From Candidatus Bathyarchaeota archaeon (lineage in GTDB: Archaea > Thermoproteota > Bathyarchaeia > Hecatellales > Hecatellaceae), in contig JBQPWD010000003.1 of NCBI GenBank assembly GCA_052246995.1, positions 96,001 to 160,000 on the forward strand: DNA of 64,000 bases, written 5' to 3'. A model generated the notes under the pieces. It did not search any database. It saw nothing but the letters and a program-made list of their open reading frames with translations, and had not been told where the DNA came from. The position numbers and the translations under genes are program-made. Below are positions 56,266-64,000 of the stretch, in pieces (within the stretch, counting starts at the first letter, position 1; each line of letters opens with the position of its first letter).

Positions 56266-59030
56266 TGAGTTTAACATCAATCTACGAAGTCTCTCTCTTT
56301 AAGGAAAAAGGTTACATTAGGAAAAAATGTATCTCCTGTGGAAGAAACTTTTGGACACTTAATCCTGATGCTAGCTACTGCGGTGACCAGCCATGTGTAA
56401 CCTACACCTTTATCGATAAACCTCCCACAAGTGTAAAGCTTAGCATTGATGAGGCTAGGGAAAATTTTTTATCATTTTTTGAGAGGAATAATCACAAAAG
56501 AATAAAGAAGTATCCTGTTGTAGCTAGGTGGAGAGACGACGTCTACCTAGTTGGGGCTTCAATCTACGACTTCCAACCTTGGGTTACAGATGGAATAATT
56601 CCTCCTCCATCAAATCCCTTAACAATTTCCCAGCCATGTATAAGGTTTACTGACATAGACCTTGTAGGTAAGTCTGGTAGGCATTTAACAGAGTTTGAGA
56701 TGATGGCTCATCATGCTTTCAACTATCCGGATAAAAGGGTTTACTGGAACGATGAAACAGTAGAGTATTGCTTTAGGTTTTTTACCGAAGAGATTAAAGT
56801 CCAACCTGAAAAAATAAACTTTGTTGAGGATATGTGGAGTGGTGGAGGAAATGCTGGAGAAGACTTTGAGGTAGTTATTGGCGGGATTGAGGTTGCAACA
56901 TTGGTATTTATGCATTATAAGCAGGTTGATGATAAGCTTATACCGTTAAAGATCCAAACTGTTGATACTGGTTATGGGCTTGAGAGAATTGTTTGGCTTA
57001 CAAACCAAACACCAACAGTTTACGATGCCGTTTTTTCACCATTTCTAAGAAAGTTTTATAGCTTAGCTGGAATTGAACCTCCAGAAAAAAAGATTTTTGC
57101 TGAAATATCCAAGCTTGCAGGCTCTTTTAGTCTTAAAGGTAAATCCAGTCTTAAAGAGTTTAGGTTAAACATTTCAAAGAAGCTTGGTTTAAGTGTTGAG
57201 GAACTTGAAAAAATAGTTCTACCTGTAGAAACAGCTTATGCTATTGCCGATTTCTCCAGAACCCTTGTATTTATGCTTGGAGATGGTGTTGTGCCGTCAA
57301 ATATGGGTGCAGGTTATCTTGCAAGACTTCTTATAAGAAAAATTTTAAGAAACATGCACTATTTAGGCTTAAATTATCCTGTTACAGAGCTTATAGACTT
57401 CCAGATTAGGGAGGTTTCCAGAAATTTTCCTGAATATCTTGATAAAAGTGAGGTTATTCTTGATATGGTTGATGTTGAAGAAAGGAGGTTTAAGGAAACA
57501 ATGCAGAAGGGTAAAACCATTATTAAAAAGTTGGTTGAAGAGGAAAAAGGTAGAATTTCTACAAAAAACCTTCTTATGCTTTACGATTCTCATGGATTAA
57601 CTCCAGATTATGTTTCACAAGTTGCTGGAGAGCTTGGGGTTAATGTAGAGATTCCTGAAGATTTTTACACTCAGGTTGTGCAAATGCATGAGAAACTTCA
57701 AAAACCTGAGGTTTTTGAAGATGAAGTTCTTCTAAGATTTGAAGGAGAGGTTGAGGAGCTTCCTCCAACAAGACTACTATACTATGAAGATACATCCTTA
57801 AAGGAGTTTAAAGCTGAAGTTTTAAAGGTTTTCAAAGAAGGCTACGTGATTTTAGACCAAACATGCTTTTACGCTGAAGGTGGCGGTCAACCATCTGATA
57901 CTGGATTTTTAAAATGGAATGGTGAGGAAGCCAAAGTTACTGATGTACGGAAAGTAAAAAACGTTATTCTTCATAAGGTTGAAGGAAAACTGCCAACTAC
58001 AGGTTGTCATGTTGTAGGAGTTGTAGATTGGGAGAGAAGAAAAAGCTTAATGAGAAGTCACACCGCAACCCACATTCTAATTGGAGCTGCACGTAGAGTC
58101 TTAGGTGAACATGTTTGGCAGTCGGGAGCCTTAAAGGGTGTTGAAAGGTCGAGGCTTGATATATCCCACTATCTAAGGTTAACCGATGAACAGGTTAAAA
58201 AAATTGAGAGGCTTTCAAATGATATTGTAACTAAAAATGTTCAGGTAAAAACATTCTGGGCTCCGAGAGAGGTTGCTGAAGAAAAGTACGGTTTTAAGCT
58301 TTATCAAGGGGGGGTAGTTCCAGGTCGAGAGATAAGAGTTGTTGAGATTGAAAACTGGGATGTTGAGGCATGTGGTGGGACTCATTGCAAATTTACTGGT
58401 GAAATTGGCTTGATAAAGATCGTTAAAACAGAGAGAATTCAGGATGGTGTTGAAAGAATACATTTTGCTGTTGGGCCTCAAGCGGTTGAGTATGTTCAAC
58501 AGGTTGATTCTAGATTTAAAGGTTTAAGCAGAGTTTTAGGTTGTTCTGTTGATGATGTTGAAAAATTTGTTGAAGGACTTATTAACGAAATTAAAGATTT
58601 AAGAAAAAATGCTGAAAAACTAAGAGAAAACATTGCCAAACAGCTTGCTGAAACGTTGTCAACAAGTATTAAAGAGTTTAAAGAAGTAAAGCTTCTTAAA
58701 TATGCCTCAAAACTGGTTGATGTTGAAGTAGCAATAAAAACATTGGCTGAACTTACAAACGCAAAGCCAAACCTAGTTTCGGTATTTGTGGTCTTAGGTG
58801 AAAAACACGCTAGGGTTATTGTTATGATTGGAAAAGAAGCGTTAAAACTTGGTTTACATGCAGGTAAACTTGCTTTAAAAATTTCTAAGCTGGCTGGTGG
58901 AAGTGGAGGTGGAAAACAAGATTTTGGTCAAGGTGGAATTCAACATACAGAAAAAGCTTTAGAAGCTTTAGAAAATGTTGAAAACATTTTACTTGAAGAA
59001 CTAGGAGGGTTTAAAAGTGGAGAAAGTTGA
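56262..59030 (+). CDS. alaS: Alanine--tRNA ligase (archaeal type)
   Basis: YPVVARWRDD, ASIYDFQP, DTGYGLER, HTATH, ACGGTH, GGGK. Confidence 0.97.
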   Translation: MMSLTSIYEVSLFKEKGYIRKKCISCGRNFWTLNPDASYCGDQPCVTYTFIDKPPTSVKLSIDEARENFLSFFERNNHKRIKKYPVVARWRDDVYLVGASIYDFQPWVTDGIIPPPSNPLTISQPCIRFTDIDLVGKSGRHLTEFEMMAHHAFNYPDKRVYWNDETVEYCFRFFTEEIKVQPEKINFVEDMWSGGGNAGEDFEVVIGGIEVATLVFMHYKQVDDKLIPLKIQTVDTGYGLERIVWLTNQTPTVYDAVFSPFLRKFYSLAGIEPPEKKIFAEISKLAGSFSLKGKSSLKEFRLNISKKLGLSVEELEKIVLPVETAYAIADFSRTLVFMLGDGVVPSNMGAGYLARLLIRKILRNMHYLGLNYPVTELIDFQIREVSRNFPEYLDKSEVILDMVDVEERRFKETMQKGKTIIKKLVEEEKGRISTKNLLMLYDSHGLTPDYVSQVAGELGVNVEIPEDFYTQVVQMHEKLQKPEVFEDEVLLRFEGEVEELPPTRLLYYEDTSLKEFKAEVLKVFKEGYVILDQTCFYAEGGGQPSDTGFLKWNGEEAKVTDVRKVKNVILHKVEGKLPTTGCHVVGVVDWERRKSLMRSHTATHILIGAARRVLGEHVWQSGALKGVERSRLDISHYLRLTDEQVKKIERLSNDIVTKNVQVKTFWAPREVAEEKYGFKLYQGGVVPGREIRVVEIENWDVEACGGTHCKFTGEIGLIKIVKTERIQDGVERIHFAVGPQAVEYVQQVDSRFKGLSRVLGCSVDDVEKFVEGLINEIKDLRKNAEKLRENIAKQLAETLSTSIKEFKEVKLLKYASKLVDVEVAIKTLAELTNAKPNLVSVFVVLGEKHARVIVMIGKEALKLGLHAGKLALKISKLAGGSGGGKQDFGQGGIQHTEKALEALENVENILLEELGGFKSGES

Positions 59031-61908
59031 TTTTAAAGCTATCGAAGAAAAGTGGCAGAAGAAGTGGTCTGAAGCAAAAATTTTTGAAGCTGATCCTGAT
59101 TGGGTTAAGCCTAAATGCTTTGTAACCTTCCCATTCCCTTACATGAGCGGACCTCTTCATGTCGGACATGCGTATTCAGCCGCAAGGGTTGATGTTTATG
59201 CTAAATATAAACGAATGTGCGGTTTTAATGTTCTTTTTCCATGGGCATGGCATTGGACTGGGGAAACTGTTGCAGGGGCTTCTGAGAGAATAAAGCTTGG
59301 AGATGAAAAGTTTATTCAAGCTTTAAGAGAAATTGACGGCGTTCCTGAGGATGAGCTTAAAAAGTTTGTTAACCCAGTTTACATGGCTGAATACTATACT
59401 CGATACAATAGGGAGGCTGTTAAAAAACTTGGTTTATCAGTAGATTGGAGAAGAGAATTTCACACATCATCCATATGTCCAACTTTTACCAAGTTTGTTG
59501 AATGGCAATATCTAAAGCTTAAAGAAAAAGGATATGTTATTAAGGGAACCCATCCTGTTGTTTGGTGTCCTAAATGTGAAAGCCCGACAGGCGAAGCTGA
59601 TAGGCTTGAAGGTTCAGGAATTTATCCTGAGGAGTATACTCTGGTAAAGTTTAAGCTTGATGATTTTTACCTTCCAGCTGCAACATTAAGACCTGAAACC
59701 ATCTTCGGTGTTACAAATTTATGGATAAATCCTGATGCTATCTATGTTAAAGCTTTGGTTGATGGAGAAAAGTGGATAATAAGTAGAGAAGCTGCCGAAA
59801 AACTTAAAGAACAGTTAAAAAAAGTCGAGGTTTTGGATAAAGTTAAAGGTTTAAACCTCTTAGGTAAAACTTGTACGGAGCCTGTTAATGGACGGTTTCT
59901 CCTTATCTTACCAGGCTGGTTTGTAAAACCTGATAACGCCACAGGCATTGTTTACAGTGTTCCAGCTCATGCACCTTACGATTGGCTTGCTTTAAAAGAC
60001 CTACAAGAAAGCCCTGAGGTACTTAAAAAATTTAACATTAATGTTGAGGATGTTAAAAAAATTAAACCAATATCAATAGTTAAAGTTGAGGGTTTTGGAG
60101 ATTTTCCAGCTGTTGAAATTGTTAACAAAATGAATATTAAGGATCAAAATGACCCTAAAGCTGAGGAAGCAACAAAAATTATCTATAAGAAAGAGTTCCA
60201 TACTGGAGTTTTAAAGGAAAATTGTGGAGACTACGCGGGTTGGCCTATTTCAACAGTTAAGCAGCAATTAATTGAAGATTTTAGATGTAAGGGCCTTTTT
60301 GACGTTATGTACGAGTTACCTGGAAAAGTTGTTTGTAGATGTACAACAAGCTGTATAGTAAAAGTTCTTCAAGACCAGTGGTTTCTAAATTATTCTAATC
60401 CTGAATGGAAAAAGAAGGCTCGGGAGCTTTTATCAAAAATGAGGATTTATCCTGAGGAAGCTAGAAAATGGTTTGAAGACGTTATAGATTGGCTTCATGA
60501 TTGGGCATGTACAAGAAAAACAGGGCTTGGATCCCCTTTACCTTGGGCAAAAGACTGGATTGTTGAAACACTCAGTGACTCAACAATCTACCCAGCCTTT
60601 TACACCATAAATAAGCATATTAAAATGCATAGATTAAAAGCTGAACAGTTAACTGAAAGCTTTTTTGACTATGTTTTTTACGGTCTAGGGGATGTTGAAA
60701 AAGTATCAACGGAAACAGGAATACCTTCTAACATCCTTAATGATGTTCGCAAGGAATTCTTATACTGGTATCCAGTAGACTTAAGAAATTCGGGAAAAGA
60801 CCTTGTACCAAACCACCTGACATTTTACATCTTTCATCATGCAGCACTCTTTCCCCCCGAGCATTGGCCTAAAATAATAGGTGTAAATGGCTTTATGAGG
60901 GTTGAAGGGGAGGAGATGCATAAATCAAAGGGAAACTTTATCCCCTTAAGGCGAGCTCTTGATAACGTAGGTGCTGACATAACAAGATGTACTGTTCTAC
61001 TTGCAGCTGAAGGTATGGATGACCCAAACTGGAAAAATACAAGCCTTATAGAGGTTAGAGATAACTTAAACGCGTTATACAACTTTCTTCTAGAAATTAG
61101 AGAGATTAAGGATACTCGTGAAAATGAAATACACATGGATAGATGGCTTTTAACATCTATTTATCATCATGTAGAAAAGGTTTCTGAGAATATTGAAGTT
61201 TTAAAAACAAGAACAGCTTTAGAAACAGCCCTTTACGAAGTTTGGAGAAGCTTTAGATGGTATTTTAGAAGAGTTGAAAAACCAAATCGGGAAACCATTT
61301 TAAAAGCCACAAGCATATGGATTAGACTTTTAGCACCCTTCATACCTCACCTAGCAGAGGAGCTTTGGGAAAAATTTGGCGAGAAAGGTTTTATTCTAAC
61401 CGTCAAATGGCCTAAAGGCGAAGTTGAACCTAGCCTTAAAGATGAAGTTTTAGAGGAGCTTATTCAAAATCTTTTTGAGGATACAAAGGATATTGTTAAA
61501 GTAATAAAATCTAAACCTAAAAAAATATTCTACTATACTGCATCAGGCTGGAAGTGGGAGGTTTACCTTAAAGTTTTAAGCAAGCGTTTTGAAGAAAATC
61601 TTGAAAAAAGAATGATTAAAGCCCTTATGTCCTCCTCTGAGGTGAGAGAGAAGGGTGCTTCAGCTGCTAAGTATGTTAAAAAAATTGTTGAAGACATTCT
61701 AAAAATGCCTGAAGATATTGCCAGTAAAAGGTTAAAACTTGGTTTTGTAGACGAATATGAACTCTTAATGGGTGCTAAAAAATTTTTTGAAAAAGAATTC
61801 AACACATCAGTTTATGTTTTTAGGGAGGATGACGAAGCCAAAATAGACCCAAAAGGCAAATCTCAAGTTGCAGAACCATACCGTCCAGCAATATTTATTG
61901 AAGAATAA
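59017..61908 (+). CDS. leuS: Leucine--tRNA ligase (archaeal type)
   Basis: FPFPYMSG.LHVGH, ATLRPET, LSDSTIY, GKDLVPNHL; KMSKS appears as EMHKS. Confidence 0.96.
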   Translation: MEKVDFKAIEEKWQKKWSEAKIFEADPDWVKPKCFVTFPFPYMSGPLHVGHAYSAARVDVYAKYKRMCGFNVLFPWAWHWTGETVAGASERIKLGDEKFIQALREIDGVPEDELKKFVNPVYMAEYYTRYNREAVKKLGLSVDWRREFHTSSICPTFTKFVEWQYLKLKEKGYVIKGTHPVVWCPKCESPTGEADRLEGSGIYPEEYTLVKFKLDDFYLPAATLRPETIFGVTNLWINPDAIYVKALVDGEKWIISREAAEKLKEQLKKVEVLDKVKGLNLLGKTCTEPVNGRFLLILPGWFVKPDNATGIVYSVPAHAPYDWLALKDLQESPEVLKKFNINVEDVKKIKPISIVKVEGFGDFPAVEIVNKMNIKDQNDPKAEEATKIIYKKEFHTGVLKENCGDYAGWPISTVKQQLIEDFRCKGLFDVMYELPGKVVCRCTTSCIVKVLQDQWFLNYSNPEWKKKARELLSKMRIYPEEARKWFEDVIDWLHDWACTRKTGLGSPLPWAKDWIVETLSDSTIYPAFYTINKHIKMHRLKAEQLTESFFDYVFYGLGDVEKVSTETGIPSNILNDVRKEFLYWYPVDLRNSGKDLVPNHLTFYIFHHAALFPPEHWPKIIGVNGFMRVEGEEMHKSKGNFIPLRRALDNVGADITRCTVLLAAEGMDDPNWKNTSLIEVRDNLNALYNFLLEIREIKDTRENEIHMDRWLLTSIYHHVEKVSENIEVLKTRTALETALYEVWRSFRWYFRRVEKPNRETILKATSIWIRLLAPFIPHLAEELWEKFGEKGFILTVKWPKGEVEPSLKDEVLEELIQNLFEDTKDIVKVIKSKPKKIFYYTASGWKWEVYLKVLSKRFEENLEKRMIKALMSSSEVREKGASAAKYVKKIVEDILKMPEDIASKRLKLGFVDEYELLMGAKKFFEKEFNTSVYVFREDDEAKIDPKGKSQVAEPYRPAIFIEE

Positions 61909-61944
61909 ACACAGGAAATTTTTTCTTTATTTATTGTAAGGTTT

Positions 61945-62667
61945 TTGATGATGGTTGTCTCTGGTAAGCTTAACGATTTTTTAAGGTTTAAAATGGCTAT
62001 TGAAGATTTTAGATACCTTCTAGATAGAGAGTATGATAGGGAAAGCGCATTAAAATTTATAGGTGACCATTATCAGCTTAACAAGCAGCTTAGACTCGTA
62101 CTTTACCGTTGTGTTTACGGTTTCAAAAAAGCCTTAGAACATAAAGAAAAAAAAGTTTGCAAACAAGATATTCATGAAAGAAGAATCGGTATTGATGGTT
62201 ATAACGTACTTATTACTGTTGAATCTCTTATTCAAGGTAAGCTGGTAATCTTTTGTGATGATTACTTCGTTAGAGATGTTTCAGCAGTACATGGAAAACA
62301 TAGGATAACTCCTGTAACTCTGGAAGCCTTAAAACTGATTGCTAAAACTCTTAAAAACCTTAAACCTGAAGATGCAGGATTGTTTTTTGATTCTCAGGTA
62401 AGCTATAGCGGAAGGCTTGCCTTGCTTGCGAGAAAAATATTTCTGGATGAAGGTTTAAAAGGAGAGTTTTTGGCTGTAAAACAGGCTGACAATCAAGTTC
62501 TGAATTATGGAGGTATAGCTGTTAGCAGTGATACTGTTATAATTGACAAAGCTGAAAAAATTTTTGATTTAAGTGAAGAGGTTGTAAGAATGTGGAAGCT
62601 TACTAAACTACTAAATTTAAAAAAGGCCTCGCATATTAGGGAAATTTATAAAATTTTGCATGTTTAA
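61945..62667 (+). CDS. DUF434 family protein (PIN-like fold)
   Basis: D.RYLLDR.Y...AL.FIGDHYQL, IDGYNVLIT, SSD.VI. Confidence 0.82.
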   Translation: MMMVVSGKLNDFLRFKMAIEDFRYLLDREYDRESALKFIGDHYQLNKQLRLVLYRCVYGFKKALEHKEKKVCKQDIHERRIGIDGYNVLITVESLIQGKLVIFCDDYFVRDVSAVHGKHRITPVTLEALKLIAKTLKNLKPEDAGLFFDSQVSYSGRLALLARKIFLDEGLKGEFLAVKQADNQVLNYGGIAVSSDTVIIDKAEKIFDLSEEVVRMWKLTKLLNLKKASHIREIYKILHV

Positions 62668-63074
62668 ATATAGCTTGTAAGAGTTTTTGTCACAATTGTC
62701 TCCAAATCTTTACCTTCAGATAAAAGCTGGTTAAATGTTAACCTGTAATATTTACCAGTATTTTCAAGTTTTTCAGGTTCTATTAAACGCCATCCAATAC
62801 CCTTTTTCTTGAATTTCGCGGCAATAAAAGGTTTTGCGCCAAACTTTTCAGAGAATCTTACAAGCTGTTTAACAGATTCGATGGTAATGTAGATTACATT
62901 TTTTCTTGTAGATTTAACTTCAATAGCCAAGTATAGTCCTTTTCTACCCGCCACTATATCTGGCCTATCAAGTTTTGTTCCTGAACCTGAAGATGGTGCA
63001 CGTAAGACAGCAAAACCTAGTTTATCAAGTTTATGTACAAGTTCCCTTTCCTCGTTTACTCCTCTCCTTAACAT
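62664..63074 (-). CDS. hjc: Holliday junction resolvase
   Basis: ERELV, GFAVLRAPSSG, PDIVAG, IEVKS. Confidence 0.93.
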   Translation of the reverse strand: MLRRGVNEERELVHKLDKLGFAVLRAPSSGSGTKLDRPDIVAGRKGLYLAIEVKSTRKNVIYITIESVKQLVRFSEKFGAKPFIAAKFKKKGIGWRLIEPEKLENTGKYYRLTFNQLLSEGKDLETIVTKTLTSYI

Positions 63075-63085
63075 CTAATAACCAC

Positions 63086-63745
63086 TCAAAGTATAGAAGA
63101 AATTATCATTAGCTCTGGACCTGTTGTTAGGGAGCCAACTAAGGCTCCATAGCTGTTTATAACTATTCCGCTAGCAATAAAAGGCACACCATTATTTACT
63201 GTGCCTAAAACTACGGGTAAATCAAAAAATTTTGAGACAATTTCCTCCTCCTTTTTAGATGTTTTTGGGTGAAGAATAATGCCCTTGTTGGTTACTCTCG
63301 CAACAGAGCCAACATAAGGTGAACCTGCAATCACTCCAAAACAAGCTTCAACGTCAAGTACATCCTCAACAATCTTTAGTTCCTTCTTGGTTAGGATAGG
63401 TGAAACTATAGCTTTTTTATCATTAGCTAAAACAAGATTTCCAAACGAGGTTTTTGTGCTTAAAACCTTTTCAACATTAACTTTAAGTTTTCTTTTTAAA
63501 AGAGAAACTTCATCGTCATCCACATAATGGGGCAAAATTATTCCATTAGAGTTTGCTGAGGCTAAAGCACCAATAAGCTTAGAATAAGCTAAATCCATGA
63601 CAATGGATGGAGCGTTTAAAGTTTTCTCAATTTTAATAACTTTTCTTTCAGGTAAACCATTAGGTAAAATTATGAATTTATCAGTTGCAAGAGAGAAAAC
63701 TCCTATGTTTGGGCTACCGAGCATATTGAAACGTAGGATTGTCAA
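63086..63745 (-). CDS. eif6: Translation initiation factor 6 (aIF6)
   Basis: GSPNIGVF, GNLVLAND, GTVN.G, TTGPEL. Confidence 0.93.
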   Translation of the reverse strand: MTILRFNMLGSPNIGVFSLATDKFIILPNGLPERKVIKIEKTLNAPSIVMDLAYSKLIGALASANSNGIILPHYVDDDEVSLLKRKLKVNVEKVLSTKTSFGNLVLANDKKAIVSPILTKKELKIVEDVLDVEACFGVIAGSPYVGSVARVTNKGIILHPKTSKKEEEIVSKFFDLPVVLGTVNNGVPFIASGIVINSYGALVGSLTTGPELMIISSIL

Positions 63746-63894
63746 ACTAACTTTTTCACCATGCTTCCCTTAAACTTATCAACCTTAAACATTTTTCCAT
63801 GTTTTCCATATTCCTGCATGTTATATAAGTGTTTACGTAAGGTTGAAAAAACTTAACATTAACTTTTAACCTCAAAAATTTAGGTGGGTTAAAG

Positions 63895-64000
63895 TTGAAT
63901 GAGAACTATTATGACCTGATAATCGTAGGAACAGGTCCAGCAGGTTTATCAGCTGCAATCTACTCAGCAAGAATGGGTTTAAAAACCCTTGTTCTAGGAG
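63895..64000 (+). CDS. 5' end (partial) of a thioredoxin reductase-like FAD oxidoreductase
   Basis: TTG start: [35 protein letters not shown]. Confidence 0.8.
   Translation, partial: MNENYYDLIIVGTGPAGLSAAIYSARMGLKTLVLG

Noticed and set aside
1-64000. CRISPR arrays, rRNA, transposases/integrases, glycyl-radical enzyme, mcr genes
   Set aside because: No regularly spaced repeats, long GC-rich RNA genes or matching protein motifs were seen.

Overview
AT-rich archaeal chromosomal segment. Its informational genes (rpS19e, rpL39e, rpL31e, aIF6, TFE, Hjc, aMBF1, archease, Trm56, archaeal AlaRS/LeuRS) together with Hdr/Fwd/AOR genes suggest a TACK anaerobe, probably Bathyarchaeia-like (inference). 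1-15.5 kb is an acyl-CoA catabolic island: the tail of a class I benzoyl-CoA reductase/2-hydroxyacyl-CoA dehydratase-type complex with two different activase subunits, thiolase, 3-hydroxyacyl-CoA dehydrogenase, two large paralogous 2-hydroxyacyl-CoA lyase-like ThDP enzymes, an F420-type LLM oxidoreductase, two orphan PflA-like radical SAM proteins, a small Cys-rich protein, an AmiS/UreI channel, HMG-CoA lyase and a CoA ligase. 17-30 kb holds hdrA::mvhD-polyferredoxin-GNAT-hdrC-hdrB, an fwdG-like gene and an fwdB-like gene that has lost its catalytic Cys/His/Arg, with a compositionally foreign pstSCAB-phoU operon between the two fwd genes. Then come a lipoate module, pyrF, a doubly frameshifted PH-domain gene, mpgS plus a HAD phosphatase next to tRNA-Ala(UGC), ribosomal genes, a small RHH islet, a ferredoxin-ADH-AOR cluster and housekeeping genes. 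Features missing from the ORF track were also found: a box C/D sRNA, rpL39e, tRNA-Ala, an SD-occluding hairpin and a 13-bp inverted-repeat element. No CRISPR array, rRNA or transposase was seen. All calls come from motif recognition by eye; no database searches were run.
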